From positions 5,752-69,751 of the forward strand of contig JAXGYI010000007.1 of the NCBI GenBank assembly GCA_040772365.1: a stretch of DNA of 64,000 nt, written 5' to 3'. This DNA is from Candidatus Moraniibacteriota bacterium (GTDB lineage Bacteria > Patescibacteriota > Minisyncoccia > Moranbacterales > GCA-2747515). Under the pieces are notes generated by a model. The model was not told where the DNA came from. It ran no database searches and saw only the letters and a program-made list of their open reading frames with translations. Position 1 is the first letter of the stretch. Every line of letters starts with the position of its first letter. Positions 38,214-48,640 of this stretch are shown in pieces. The position numbers and the translations under genes were made by a program.

Positions 38214-40124
38214 ATGCCTCTCTTCACACGTACAAATGTCCCATCACTCATCGGTATCACTTGTGCCGTAATAATATTTGGTATAGCCGGATTCTTCCAT
38301 CTTGGACAATTTGAAACTGCCGACGAGCATCTATGGAAATATGATCGTGTTCCACAATACTGGCAGGCACTTGCAGCCCGTGATTGGGCGAAAACGTACA
38401 TCAACGACAAGCCTGGTGTTACCGTGGCACTATTTTCCGGTATTGGCTTACTATATGAACCCAACCCAAACGCCACACAATTCGCACCACACCCACACAG
38501 CACATCCGACGATGCGCCATCGTTCAAAAAATACGACACAATCAAATCGGAAGCTGTCAATGTCGCATTTCGTGCCCCCATCATTATTCTCGGAATGCTC
38601 ACCATCATTGGGATCTTCCTCCTGTTGCGCATTGCCTTTGACACACGCGTTGCAGCGCTTGCTGCGCTTCTCATCGGCACCAACCCTATCCTCATCGGCA
38701 TGTCACAGATCATCAATCCGGACGCATTTTTTTGGATGTTTGGCGCATTAGGTATTGCCGCCTATTTGGCGCTAGTGCGCACTAGCGCCACACGCTATGT
38801 GCTATTGACTGGTATTTTCACAGGATTTGCCCTGCTCTCCAAATACACGTCATTCACCCTCTTTGTATTTTACATCCTCATCAGCATCAGTGCCCTCCTT
38901 TTTGACAAACCGCTTAAAAAAACAACTATTGCGACATACGTCACGACATTCACGATCCGGCTTTCTGCTATTGCGGCTATTGCCTTTAGCACATTCATCA
39001 TCTTTCTTCCCGCGTCTATTGCAAGACCGGAAATCATTCTGCGTGGCATTGGACAGTTTTTACCAGAAGGAAGAGCAGTGCCAGTAGTCCTTGCTCTTAT
39101 GGCAGTAATTATTGGCGCATGGTACATACTCACACGCTATGGCGAACGCATATTACACACTCTACGTACCTATGCCATGCACAGTGCCGTTGTTGTAAGC
39201 ATGCTCTTCCTTGGCACAATTGGTTTCGCTCTGCTCAACACCTGGACCGGACAACGCATCATTCCATTTGACAATCTCCGTGGTGCCGTCTATGCCAATG
39301 AGCCAGCACGATTTAACTTCAAGCCCTACATTCACTCTACTGCAAAAAAAGAAAAGCGCGTTAAAGCCTACTTCACCAACGCTTACCCCCTCACGTTCTC
39401 CCTCACACCGATCATCTTTTTTTCTGCCATACTTGGCGGCGCGTGGTTCACACTACATCGACGTCACGCTAATCAGCGCATTCGGATATTCTTTGTCACC
39501 CTTGCCACATTCACGCTCATCTATCTCCTCCTTACTGTGAAGGCAAAGGTGATTATTAATGTGCGCTATACCATTCTCCTCTATCCACTTTTTGCCATCC
39601 TTGCGGCACTAGTCATCGATCACCTCGTCACACGCTATAGTGCAAGAATACACCATGCTACATCATGGACCCTTGCCATCCTCCTACTCATTGGTGCTGG
39701 CACGCTCTGGCACATTGCGCCATTCTACTTTAGCTACGCCACAAATCTCTTGCCACGCGCATTTTCCATTCATGACTCGTGGGGGCATGGTGGTTATGAA
39801 GCAGCGCAGTACCTCAACAACCTCCCCAATGCACAAGATCTCATCATCTACTCCAACAGCAGCGCTCCCTGTCGCTTCTTTGTTGGCACGTGCCTCACAA
39901 GCCGTAAAATTGACCTTGCTGTCGTTACGCCGGATTACTTTGTCATGAACAAGCGTGATATCCTTAAAGAGCGCAATCGCATCATCCTCCTCAACAATCC
40001 CGAGCCAGAAAAAGACGCCAACTACTATATTGATAACCTCTCAACCAAAGCCATCTGGCGCCTAGACATCCTCAATCGACCAACAAACTTCGTTTCCATT
40101 ATTCCTTATGAGCGTCCCCACTAA
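38214..40124 (+). CDS. GT-C (ArnT/PMT-like) membrane glycosyltransferase, paralog of 35922
   Basis: ADEHLW, DKPGVT, SQIINPD, GFALLSKY, DSWGHGGYE. Confidence 0.82.
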   Translation: MPLFTRTNVPSLIGITCAVIIFGIAGFFHLGQFETADEHLWKYDRVPQYWQALAARDWAKTYINDKPGVTVALFSGIGLLYEPNPNATQFAPHPHSTSDDAPSFKKYDTIKSEAVNVAFRAPIIILGMLTIIGIFLLLRIAFDTRVAALAALLIGTNPILIGMSQIINPDAFFWMFGALGIAAYLALVRTSATRYVLLTGIFTGFALLSKYTSFTLFVFYILISISALLFDKPLKKTTIATYVTTFTIRLSAIAAIAFSTFIIFLPASIARPEIILRGIGQFLPEGRAVPVVLALMAVIIGAWYILTRYGERILHTLRTYAMHSAVVVSMLFLGTIGFALLNTWTGQRIIPFDNLRGAVYANEPARFNFKPYIHSTAKKEKRVKAYFTNAYPLTFSLTPIIFFSAILGGAWFTLHRRHANQRIRIFFVTLATFTLIYLLLTVKAKVIINVRYTILLYPLFAILAALVIDHLVTRYSARIHHATSWTLAILLLIGAGTLWHIAPFYFSYATNLLPRAFSIHDSWGHGGYEAAQYLNNLPNAQDLIIYSNSSAPCRFFVGTCLTSRKIDLAVVTPDYFVMNKRDILKERNRIILLNNPEPEKDANYYIDNLSTKAIWRLDILNRPTNFVSIIPYERPH

Positions 40125-41718
40125 TACACCTACAACATCACCACGCTTCCGTGCACAGTCACTATTTGTACTGGCGCTACTTGCTGTAATTGTTTGTGGA
40201 TCCTTCCTACGTCTTGACGATTTTCACGATCGTATACGCTTCAATAACGATCAAGTACGCGACACCGGTATCGTGATAGACATGCTGACAACGGGCACTA
40301 TGCCCCTCCTGGGTCCAAAGGCTGGCGGCACAACGTTTCAGCTCGGCCCCGCCTTCTACTACATCCTTGCTTTTTCCGGTGCCGTCTTTGGCGCCACACC
40401 GGAAGGCATTGCGTTCATCGTCCCACTTCTCTCCATTGCGACACTTCCACTCCTCTTTCTCTTTCTGCGTCGCTGCTTTGCTACGCGCATCGCACTACCA
40501 CTCACGCTCCTCGCCGCTACATCGTTTTTTCTCATTAAATACAGCCGCTTTGTGTGGAATCCCAATGTGATTCCCTTTTTCCTCCTCGCATTCCTTCTGA
40601 CGCTTCTGCGTACCATGGACCTCCCCGCTACAAAGCACACGTCGCTGTGGTGGTGGATCCTCCTCGGCGTCGTCACCGGCATCAGTATGCAGTTGCACAC
40701 CACACTCCTCATCATCATGCCACTTACCATCCTCATCATGCATATCGCCCGTCGCTTTTTACACGCCCAGCCCCTTCCCATTGCGCGACTTCTCTTGACC
40801 TTTGCCATCATTGTACTCCTCTTGTCTCCCATGATCATTTTTGACGTACGTAACAATGGTGCCAACAGCGCTGCATTTTTTGCTGGATCCGCCAAAAAAA
40901 CATCCCTCGGATCTACCGTCAACAATGCCATTCATGTTGCACAATTCTTTGGACAAGGCAGTATCTATGTCCTCACTGGCACGGAACCCACACGTGACTG
41001 GACGGCACCGCGCAAACTCATTGCTCACCCATTTCAACTTCTACTCGCTGGATGTGGCATCATGCTATGCACCGTGGGCACCATTGTCACATTCTTCGCC
41101 ATGCGTCACAGCGGCAATACCCGACGCACACATGCGCTCGCCGCCACCCTCTGCATCAGTGCCTTGCACATCCTCATCCTCTTCCCCATCGGCGATACCC
41201 TGCAAACACGCTTTTTCCTTACGCTCTTCTTTGTCCCATTTGTGTGGCTGGGACTGTTCGCCGAACACCTCATTCTTCGCATCCGCGGAACCGTATCTAC
41301 GCGCATCATCTATAGCACACTCGCTATTGCATACCTCGCACTCATTGCTGGAAACCTCTCCACCTACCGTACTGCATATGCCTTTGATCCAAAAACAAAA
41401 AATGCTAGTCTCTACGGTGGTATTAGTCTCGGCGAACTACACGGTATCGTTGATGTCATAACGCAAAACACGAAAACGAACACTCCCGCCTATCTTCTCC
41501 CACACGCCTATGGACGCTCCGTGCGCTTTATTGCCACACATCGCGGTGATGTACGCGTGGAAACTGCCGATGCGGAAACCCTCCCTTCCGGCACAATAGC
41601 ATTTTTCCTCTCCGATAAACCGGATGCCCGCTTATCGGACACTCTTGCAGAAGCGTTCACAGAAAAACACCACGACACCGTAAAACGGTGGCACGTATTT
41701 ACACTTGAAAAGCGCTAG
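40108..41718 (+). CDS. GT-C (ArnT/PMT-like) membrane glycosyltransferase, paralog of 32175
   Basis: FLRL..F...DQVRD, MPLLGP, LGPAFYY, SRFVWNPN. Confidence 0.85.
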   Translation: MSVPTNTPTTSPRFRAQSLFVLALLAVIVCGSFLRLDDFHDRIRFNNDQVRDTGIVIDMLTTGTMPLLGPKAGGTTFQLGPAFYYILAFSGAVFGATPEGIAFIVPLLSIATLPLLFLFLRRCFATRIALPLTLLAATSFFLIKYSRFVWNPNVIPFFLLAFLLTLLRTMDLPATKHTSLWWWILLGVVTGISMQLHTTLLIIMPLTILIMHIARRFLHAQPLPIARLLLTFAIIVLLLSPMIIFDVRNNGANSAAFFAGSAKKTSLGSTVNNAIHVAQFFGQGSIYVLTGTEPTRDWTAPRKLIAHPFQLLLAGCGIMLCTVGTIVTFFAMRHSGNTRRTHALAATLCISALHILILFPIGDTLQTRFFLTLFFVPFVWLGLFAEHLILRIRGTVSTRIIYSTLAIAYLALIAGNLSTYRTAYAFDPKTKNASLYGGISLGELHGIVDVITQNTKTNTPAYLLPHAYGRSVRFIATHRGDVRVETADAETLPSGTIAFFLSDKPDARLSDTLAEAFTEKHHDTVKRWHVFTLEKR

Positions 41719-42458
41719 TGCGTGCCGTCGCTACGTCGCCTGTGACGATATGCTAACCGCGCATATGGGCGCGGCTGTACTACCTCGCACCAATGCCGGT
41801 ACTGTTGCACAAGACCCCATAAACCAAGTCCGTGCGAATGATAAACGCTGAAGCGCGCATCGCACACAATTGTATAGCCGCGCTCTATCCAGTGACGCGC
41901 CCACGCACGATCCTCGCCACCACCAGCATACGCTTCATCAATTGGATACTGCTCCCATAGATCTCGTCGAATCAGCGCATTGGTAAATCCCAAAACACCC
42001 ATACCAGCGCGATGCACATAGCGAACGCGCCCGCGCGCAATCTGTCGGCGCCCTCTATATTCATTAAACAAGAATTTTTCCCATATGCCAGCATCCTGAT
42101 GCGCCCACACATTGCCATACACACCGGCAATGCTTTGATGCGTAAAATGCGCAATGCCATCAGCAAGCCATGTTGCAGATATTGGTATGCTGTGTCCGCT
42201 TAAAATAAGGAAATACGTTGTCGCTCGCGCCGCACGACACCCGACGTTGATGGCATGCGGATACGTGAATGATTCTGGCGCAATGTGCACAATGCGTGCG
42301 CCATGCACCCGCGCAATCTCCAGCGTGGCATCTGTGGAGCCCGAGTCCACTACAAGCACCTCAAAATCGCGATCCGTCTGTTGCGCCAACATCTCCATCA
42401 CGTGCGGCAATTTCTGCGCTTCATTTTTTGTGCGAATGATGATGCTTGTACGAGCCAT
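41715..42458 (-). CDS. Glycosyltransferase family 2 (rhamnosyltransferase-like)
   Basis: SIIIRTKNE, VDSGSTD.T, ED..WA, VYHSH. Confidence 0.88.
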   Translation of the reverse strand: MARTSIIIRTKNEAQKLPHVMEMLAQQTDRDFEVLVVDSGSTDATLEIARVHGARIVHIAPESFTYPHAINVGCRAARATTYFLILSGHSIPISATWLADGIAHFTHQSIAGVYGNVWAHQDAGIWEKFLFNEYRGRRQIARGRVRYVHRAGMGVLGFTNALIRRDLWEQYPIDEAYAGGGEDRAWARHWIERGYTIVCDARFSVYHSHGLGLWGLVQQYRHWCEVVQPRPYARLAYRHRRRSDGTH

Positions 42459-42467
42459 AACACTTCT

Positions 42468-43064
42468 TTACTTCACCACCTCCTCAAACACCTCTGCCGT
42501 TGTGCGCTTCTTGAACACGCTCATGATAGTGATGATGAGAATCGCCACACCAAACGCCACCCACCCGGCATAAGTAATGTACTTCTCAATTTGCACATAC
42601 ATGTATCCAAAAAAGTATCCCAATACCACAAGCGCACTACTCCACGCAATGCCTCCCAAAAAGGAAAACCACACAAAACGCCATAACGGCATTTTCACTA
42701 CACCGGCCGTCACAAATGCCGCCCAGCACAACCCCGTCGTCGCCTTGACCATGATAATTGTCTTGCCGCCGTGTTGTTCGAAAAATTTCTCCAAACGAAA
42801 GATGAGGAGGTGCGTCATGCCAATATACTTGCCCACCGTCGTCACAAACCGCATCCCCCACCGATAGCCCATGCCATACAGCACCACGTCGCCAATAATA
42901 TCGCCCGCAATGGACAGCACCAGCACTACCCACACATTCAGCATACCAATAGACGCCAAAAACGCGCCGATGAGTGTCACAATCGGCCCCTCAATGATCA
43001 TCAGCGGCAGCAATATCGCATAGCCGTATGTACTCACATACGTCGCAATAACTTGTTCCGTCAT
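42468..43064 (-). CDS. DedA/VTT family membrane protein
   Basis: IEGP, GD...Y.MG, FFEQHGGK, AG..KMP..RF. Confidence 0.9.
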   Translation of the reverse strand: MTEQVIATYVSTYGYAILLPLMIIEGPIVTLIGAFLASIGMLNVWVVLVLSIAGDIIGDVVLYGMGYRWGMRFVTTVGKYIGMTHLLIFRLEKFFEQHGGKTIIMVKATTGLCWAAFVTAGVVKMPLWRFVWFSFLGGIAWSSALVVLGYFFGYMYVQIEKYITYAGWVAFGVAILIITIMSVFKKRTTAEVFEEVVK

Positions 43065-43144
43065 AAAACTCAATCAATTACTGCCTCTACAGCAAGTATA
43101 GAGAATAACACACTCTTGTGCAAGAACTCTACAATAAAAAACAT

Positions 43145-43167
43145 CCCTATCTGCGCACAGATAGGGG
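43145..43167 (-). terminator. Putative intrinsic terminator
   Basis: CCCTATCTG-TGCG-CAGATAGGG followed by ATGTTTTTT on the minus strand. Confidence 0.55.
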
Positions 43168-43635
43168 TTTTGCTTATACATTCGTTTACTTCCGGTGCTC
43201 ACAACATTATATTTCCCCCATCCCTTTGGAGCGGGTTTACATATGATAGTGTGAGTGCCGCAATAAATATATGTGTCATCTTTAGAAGCAGTGGTAACTG
43301 CTGTTCTTCCGGCAACTGTGATGGTTTTATGCAGAATAATGCGCGGTATCTTGCCATTTTCATCTGGTGTATAATAATTTTTTGTAATATCAAACCAGTC
43401 CGTTGTGCGGATACTCACAGATGAATTTCAACGCGGATTTTCACGTTCTTTTATGATAACAACAAACCGTCGCAGCGTATCTATTTCTACTTGTCGCTGC
43501 CGCCTGTACTATTTTTTCTGGTCCGATCTTGCAGATCGGATCATGTGTTCACATCAGTGGACCCTGCTCCGACAAAAATCCGGTCCGAAAAAGCATATGT
43601 TCTATATGGCAGTGGACATCATTGTGCCACAATAT

Positions 43636-43667
43636 AAAACACCGCATGTAACGTGCGGTGTTTTTTT
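43636..43667. terminator. Intrinsic terminator after rplO
   Basis: AAAACACCGCA...TGCGGTGTTTT. Confidence 0.8.
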
Positions 43668-43678
43668 GGTGTGTAAGA

Positions 43679-44101
43679 TTATTTTTTGCCAAACGCTTTC
43701 TGTGCAGCCGTGGTCGCCTTCACCGTTTCTGTGTCAATGGTGAGCTTCTTGGTCAGCTTTCCCGTGGCAACCACCTTCACACCGTGACGCGCCGTCTTGG
43801 TGCGCACGAGACCTTTGTCAAGTAGTGTGGCAAGTGATACCGTTTCGCCGTCGCTGTAGGCGCGATCAATGTGCGCCAATGTGATCACATTCATCTTGGG
43901 ATGCGGTGATGCAAAACCACGAATTTTTTTCATCGTGTCCACAAGACTGGTGCGACCGCCTTCAAAGAGTGGATTCACATTGCCACCACTACGCGCTTTT
44001 TGCCCTTTGCAGCCGCGTCCGCTATATGTGCCGCGCTTACCGCCACGTCCGATGGTTTTCTTTGTCTTGCGTGCGGGCGCTGTGACTTCATGAATTTGCA
44101 T
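43679..44101 (-). CDS. rplO: 50S ribosomal protein uL15
   Basis: GRGGKRGTYSGRG.KGQKARSG, FEGG. Confidence 0.96.
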   Translation of the reverse strand: MQIHEVTAPARKTKKTIGRGGKRGTYSGRGCKGQKARSGGNVNPLFEGGRTSLVDTMKKIRGFASPHPKMNVITLAHIDRAYSDGETVSLATLLDKGLVRTKTARHGVKVVATGKLTKKLTIDTETVKATTAAQKAFGKK

Positions 44102-44106
44102 ATCGT

Positions 44107-44781
44107 TTACGCTTTACGAGTTGATGTGGTGCGCTTAGTTGTCACCTTCTTTACTGATGATTTTTTAGTAGATACTTTTTTTGCTGGTGCTTTTTTCTTT
44201 GACTCTGATGCACTTACAGCTTTTTTTGTAACTTTTTTTGCAGCCATCTTCTTCCCCTTGACTGCCTGTGTACGCTGCGATTTCACTTCTTCTACGCCAT
44301 CGGCACTGTCCAATGTTTTGAGTGCCTCCACTGTTGCACGCGCCACATTGAGCTTATTGGAACAACCAAGTGATTTCGATACAACATCGCGAATGCCCAC
44401 AAGGTCCATCACCGCGCGAATTGCACCACCAGCGATCACACCACGCCCCTCTTTATTTGGTTTAAGAATCACGCGGGCACTTCCAAGTTTTGCAGACGTT
44501 TCATAAGGAATTGTCGTACCAGAGAGAGGGACGGTAATCATATTTTTTTTAGCATCTGCAGTCGCCTTCTGCATTGCTGTTGAAACATCAGCACCCTTTG
44601 CCACACCAACACCAACCTTGCCTTTGCGATTACCTACAACAACCGTTGCACGAAAGCGAAAACGACGACCGCCCTTCACCACACGCGTCACGCGCGCGAG
44701 GTCAAGCATCTGCGTATCAAATTCTGATTTTGGTCGGCGACCGGGTCTTCCTGATTTTTTGTGATCTTTCTTAAATGCCAT
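44107..44781 (-). CDS. rpsE: 30S ribosomal protein uS5 with Lys-rich C-tail
   Basis: RVTRVVKGGRRFRF, GVIAGGA.RAV. Confidence 0.97.
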   Translation of the reverse strand: MAFKKDHKKSGRPGRRPKSEFDTQMLDLARVTRVVKGGRRFRFRATVVVGNRKGKVGVGVAKGADVSTAMQKATADAKKNMITVPLSGTTIPYETSAKLGSARVILKPNKEGRGVIAGGAIRAVMDLVGIRDVVSKSLGCSNKLNVARATVEALKTLDSADGVEEVKSQRTQAVKGKKMAAKKVTKKAVSASESKKKAPAKKVSTKKSSVKKVTTKRTTSTRKA

Positions 44782-44814
44782 AGAGTGTTAATTTAGTATG
44801 CAAATATGCAAAAA

Positions 44815-45165
44815 TTAAAATTGCAACCCACCTTTGCGTGCGGCTTCTGCAAGTGCTTTGACTTTACCATGATATTTATAGCCAGCGCGATCAAATACGA
44901 CGGTAGTAATATGATGGTCTTTTGCTTTCTTGGCAATGAGTGCACCAAGCTGCGCTGCGCCATCTACAGTATGACGTGCACCTTTCACTTCTGCCAGATG
45001 CGCACTCACAAGCGTTGTCTGCGTTGTATCATCAATAATTTGCGCTGATAGAGAACGTAGAGAACGGAAAACGCGCAAACGCGGCCGTTCTGGTGTGCCT
45101 GTCACTGTTGCGCGTGCACGTCGTGCACGGTGGAGTCTTTTACTGTTGCGAGTCATAATGTTCAT
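44815..45165 (-). CDS. rplR: 50S ribosomal protein uL18
   Basis: RPRLRVFRS, VFDRAGYKYHGKV. Confidence 0.97.
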   Translation of the reverse strand: MNIMTRNSKRLHRARRARATVTGTPERPRLRVFRSLRSLSAQIIDDTTQTTLVSAHLAEVKGARHTVDGAAQLGALIAKKAKDHHITTVVFDRAGYKYHGKVKALAEAARKGGLQF

Positions 45166-45203
45166 ACGTATATACTACTAGAGACGAGAATAAATAAATG
45201 GAA

Positions 45204-45743
45204 CTAGGCTGCGGACGCTTTTTTACCCTCCTTACGCCGCACCTGCTCATCGACATACTTGAAGCCCTTGCCTTTATAGGGCTCCATTTTTTTCAACGCG
45301 CGAATGTCAGCAGCAAATTGCCCAACATGTTGCTTATCAATACCGGCAATCGTCATCACATGCCCTTCAATCGTCACGGTAAGATCATCCGGAATTGGCA
45401 CAACAACTGGATGAGAAAACCCTAAGGCTAAATCTACTGTCTTACCCTTCACTGCCATACGGTATCCCACACCACTCAGCTCTAGCTGCTTTGTAAAACC
45501 TTCTGTCACACCGACAATCATGTTCTCAATGATGCGCGCCATTGTGCCCCACATTGCCTGTGCAATTTGCGCATTATGCTTTTTTTCCACGATTACACCA
45601 TCATCCGTCACTTTTACAGTAACAGCATTGTGCACCGGCGCAGAAAGTGTGCCTTTCGTACCTTTTACTTCCACTGTAGTTGGTGTAGCCGTCACGGTCA
45701 CACCACTCGGGATTGCAATTGTTCTTTGTCCAATACGACTCAT
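45204..45743 (-). CDS. rplF: 50S ribosomal protein uL6
   Basis: MSRIG, GVGYR, LGFSHP, EPYKGKG. Confidence 0.97.
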   Translation of the reverse strand: MSRIGQRTIAIPSGVTVTATPTTVEVKGTKGTLSAPVHNAVTVKVTDDGVIVEKKHNAQIAQAMWGTMARIIENMIVGVTEGFTKQLELSGVGYRMAVKGKTVDLALGFSHPVVVPIPDDLTVTIEGHVMTIAGIDKQHVGQFAADIRALKKMEPYKGKGFKYVDEQVRRKEGKKASAA

Positions 45744-45767
45744 ACGCTTATACGTTGTACTTTTGAA

Positions 45768-46181
45768 TTACCACAACTCACAAATCAACTCGCCACCCAA
45801 TCCGCGCTTACGCGCTTCTTTGCCACTCATCACACCCTGCGATGTCGATACCACTGCGAGTCCGTAACCACTACGCACCTGATGCAGGTCTGTTTTTTTG
45901 ACATACCTACGCTGTCCCTGACGGCTAACTTGTCGTAAGCCCTCAATACCCGGGCGACGACGCGTTGCGCTGACTTGCTCATACTTCAATGTGATGCGAA
46001 TCATCTCACGACCAGCAGTTGTCTCATCACAAACTACGTCTACGTTTTCCACAAAGCCCTCTTTTGCAAAGACCGTGGCAACGGCAAGTTTCAGTTTTGA
46101 CTTCGGCACAAGAACCGTCGCATGCCCTGCAGCGTGCGCGTTACGGATTCGTGTCAACATGTCGCTAATTGCATCGATCAT
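45768..46181 (-). CDS. rpsH: 30S ribosomal protein uS8
   Basis: DAISDMLTRIRNA, VVSTSQGVM, GLGGE. Confidence 0.96.
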   Translation of the reverse strand: MIDAISDMLTRIRNAHAAGHATVLVPKSKLKLAVATVFAKEGFVENVDVVCDETTAGREMIRITLKYEQVSATRRRPGIEGLRQVSRQGQRRYVKKTDLHQVRSGYGLAVVSTSQGVMSGKEARKRGLGGELICELW

Positions 46182-46215
46182 AACCTTCGTATCATTAAAC
46201 AAATATCATTGCGTA

Positions 46216-46401
46216 TTACCAACTACTTTTCTTTACGCCTGGCAATTCGCCTTTGCTCGCCAACTCACGGAAGCAAATCCGGCAGATCCCAAAATAGCGA
46301 AGATAGCCTTGCTTGCGGCCGCACTTCCAACAGCGCCGCACCTCCCGTGTGGAGAATTTCGGTTTCTTTTTTGCGCGAGCTTTGACTGATGTTTTTGCCA
46401 T
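46216..46401 (-). CDS. rpsN: 30S ribosomal protein uS14, zinc-binding type
   Basis: RCWKCGR...CRICFRE...GELPGV.KSSW. Confidence 0.97.
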   Translation of the reverse strand: MAKTSVKARAKKKPKFSTREVRRCWKCGRKQGYLRYFGICRICFRELASKGELPGVKKSSW

Positions 46402-46427
46402 ACGTCGTATACTAAATATCTAATAAA

Positions 46428-46985
46428 TTATTTCTTTTGCGTGAGAGGAAATCCCAACGCGCGAAAGAGTTTTTCCGCATCTTCCTTGGATTGTGCAGAA
46501 GTGACAATTGTTATCTGCATACCAAATGGATTTCGCACGTGCTCTGCAACAATTTCTGGAAAAATCGTGTGCTCTTTAATACCGATATTGAGATTGCCGC
46601 CCTGATCCACCGCTGTTGATGCAATACCCTGAAAATCACGAACACGTGGCAGTGCAGCGCCAACCAACCGATCCAGAAAATGCCACATACGCGCACCACG
46701 CAATGTCACTTTCATGCCAACATCCTGCCCCTCGCGAATTTTAAACCCTGCAATAGACTTCGCTGCCTTGGTATACACGGCCTTCTGTCCCGTAATTGCT
46801 GCGAGCGCTTCCTCCACCTCATCTAATCCTTCTGTATTTTTAAGAAATTTCCCAACACCAGTATTAATGACAACTTTACGAATCTTCGGCACAAGCATCA
46901 CATTCGCAAGACCGAGATCCTTTTGCAGATCCTTTTGGACATCATGATAGTGTTGTTTGATGGGTTTTACCATACTCATACTCAT
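46428..46985 (-). CDS. rplE: 50S ribosomal protein uL5
   Basis: VPK..KVVIN.GVG, ITGQK, KVTLRG, LPRVRDF. Confidence 0.97.
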   Translation of the reverse strand: MSMSMVKPIKQHYHDVQKDLQKDLGLANVMLVPKIRKVVINTGVGKFLKNTEGLDEVEEALAAITGQKAVYTKAAKSIAGFKIREGQDVGMKVTLRGARMWHFLDRLVGAALPRVRDFQGIASTAVDQGGNLNIGIKEHTIFPEIVAEHVRNPFGMQITIVTSAQSKEDAEKLFRALGFPLTQKK

Positions 46986-46988
46986 GTA

Positions 46989-47300
46989 TTAGTCAATTTC
47001 TTTACCACTCTTTTTGGAAATACGCACCTTTGTGCCGTTCTTTACAACAAAACCTACGCGCGTCGGCTTGTCCGTATGCGGACACACCAGTGCAACATTG
47101 GATAGATCTAATGCAGACTCTGCTGTAATACGCTCACCTTTCGTCATATTCTTGCGTGCCTTCATGTGTCGCACTGCCATATTGACGCCTTTAACGACAA
47201 CTCTGCCGCTACGAGCATCCACAGCCAGTACCTCACCACGTTTTCCCTTATCTTTTCCGGCAATCACATGCACTGTATCGCCTTTCTTAATTTTATACAT
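46989..47300 (-). CDS. rplX: 50S ribosomal protein uL24
   Basis: IKKGD.V.VIAGKDKGK, SNV. Confidence 0.97.
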   Translation of the reverse strand: MYKIKKGDTVHVIAGKDKGKRGEVLAVDARSGRVVVKGVNMAVRHMKARKNMTKGERITAESALDLSNVALVCPHTDKPTRVGFVVKNGTKVRISKKSGKEID

Positions 47301-47320
47301 AACTATTCTTAACTACGCGA

Positions 47321-47692
47321 TTACAATACCTCCGGCGCCAGCGATATAATCTTCCCGAATCCCTTTTCACGCAATTCACGTGCAACCGGTCCAAAAATAC
47401 GCGTTGCACGCGGCTCTTTGGTATTAGGGTCTACGATCACCGCAGCATTTTCATCAAAACGAATGTAGGAACCATCTTTCCGGCGCAGTGCTTTTTTTTG
47501 ACGCACAATCACAGCTTTCACCACATCACCAGATTTCACATTACCACGCGGCTCCGCTGACTTCACTGAAGCAACAATGATGTCACCGATCTGTGCATAG
47601 CGGCGCTTTGATCCACCAAGCACCTTAAAGCACTCAATGCTTTTCGCTCCCGAATTGTCGGCTACTGTGAGCCATGTTTCCGCCTGAATCAT
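47321..47692 (-). CDS. rplN: 50S ribosomal protein uL14
   Basis: [26 protein letters not shown]. Confidence 0.98.
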   Translation of the reverse strand: MIQAETWLTVADNSGAKSIECFKVLGGSKRRYAQIGDIIVASVKSAEPRGNVKSGDVVKAVIVRQKKALRRKDGSYIRFDENAAVIVDPNTKEPRATRIFGPVARELREKGFGKIISLAPEVL

Positions 47693-47715
47693 ACAAACTG
47701 TGATTTACCTTAAAA

Positions 47716-47958
47716 TTACTTTGACACAACGACGAATCTCTTCTCTTTGCTTAATGGTCGGCATGCTGCAATCGTTACCACGTCACCTACTGCACAAGCA
47801 TTATCCTCATCATGCGCCTTGTACTTTTTAGTAGAGACGTATTTCTTCAAATACTTCGGATGCGTCTTAAAAGTATCCACAGCGACCACAACTGTTTTGT
47901 CCATTGCCGTGGACACCACTGTTCCCTTAAATGTCACTTTTTTTACTTCCTGTGTCAT
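47716..47958 (-). CDS. rpsQ: 30S ribosomal protein uS17
   Basis: G.VVS..MDKT, HP.Y.K, AHDE, RPLSK.K. Confidence 0.97.
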   Translation of the reverse strand: MTQEVKKVTFKGTVVSTAMDKTVVVAVDTFKTHPKYLKKYVSTKKYKAHDEDNACAVGDVVTIAACRPLSKEKRFVVVSK

Positions 47959-47983
47959 ACGTGATTCGTAATTATCTAAAACG

Positions 47984-48169
47984 TTACTTCGTGCGCTTCT
48001 CGTGCAAAACCGTCAGAACGCGCGCCAAATCCTTTTTGCGTGTACCAATGTGCGCATGTTCACCGCGGCTCTGCGCATCCAACACCATCTGTGCCATATC
48101 CTTTTTGATGTGGTCACTCATGATGTGGAGTTCTTCTATTGACTTGTCGCGTAATTCTGATACGTTCAT
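47984..48169 (-). CDS. rpmC: 50S ribosomal protein uL29
   Basis: ELR.KS.EEL, RKKDLAR.LT; position between rplP and rpsQ. Confidence 0.9.
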   Translation of the reverse strand: MNVSELRDKSIEELHIMSDHIKKDMAQMVLDAQSRGEHAHIGTRKKDLARVLTVLHEKRTK

Positions 48170-48205
48170 AGTTTCTTTTCTTTACCTTCAACATTAAATA
48201 CTACG

Positions 48206-48616
48206 TTATTGCTTTGCCACAAAGCGTGTGCGCACAGAAAGTTTATGTCCTGCTAACCGAAATGCTTCACGCGCTGTTTTCTCATCAATACCATCTACTT
48301 CAAAAAGAATCTTACCAGCACGCACCTTAGCAACATAGTAATCCACAGAACCCTTTCCCTTTCCCATTGGCGTTTCATCACCTTTCTTCGTCATTGGATG
48401 GTCCGGAAAAATGCGAATCCAATACTTTCCTGATCGCTGCATATAGCGCGTAATCGTCCGCCGTGCAGATTCGATTTGTCGCGCTGTCACTAATCCCGAG
48501 GTTTCCGCCTTGAGACCAAAATTACCGTAACTGACAATCGTGCCGCGCGTAGCATTGCCTTTTAGCTTTCCGCCGCGGTGCATTTTGCGATGTTTGACTT
48601 TTCGTGGCATTAACAT
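48206..48616 (-). CDS. rplP: 50S ribosomal protein uL16
   Basis: MLMP.KVK.RK, QIESAR, WIRIFP, MGKGKG. Confidence 0.97.
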   Translation of the reverse strand: MLMPRKVKHRKMHRGGKLKGNATRGTIVSYGNFGLKAETSGLVTARQIESARRTITRYMQRSGKYWIRIFPDHPMTKKGDETPMGKGKGSVDYYVAKVRAGKILFEVDGIDEKTAREAFRLAGHKLSVRTRFVAKQ

Positions 48617-48640
48617 ATGCGTTCCTCACTAAAATTTCAA

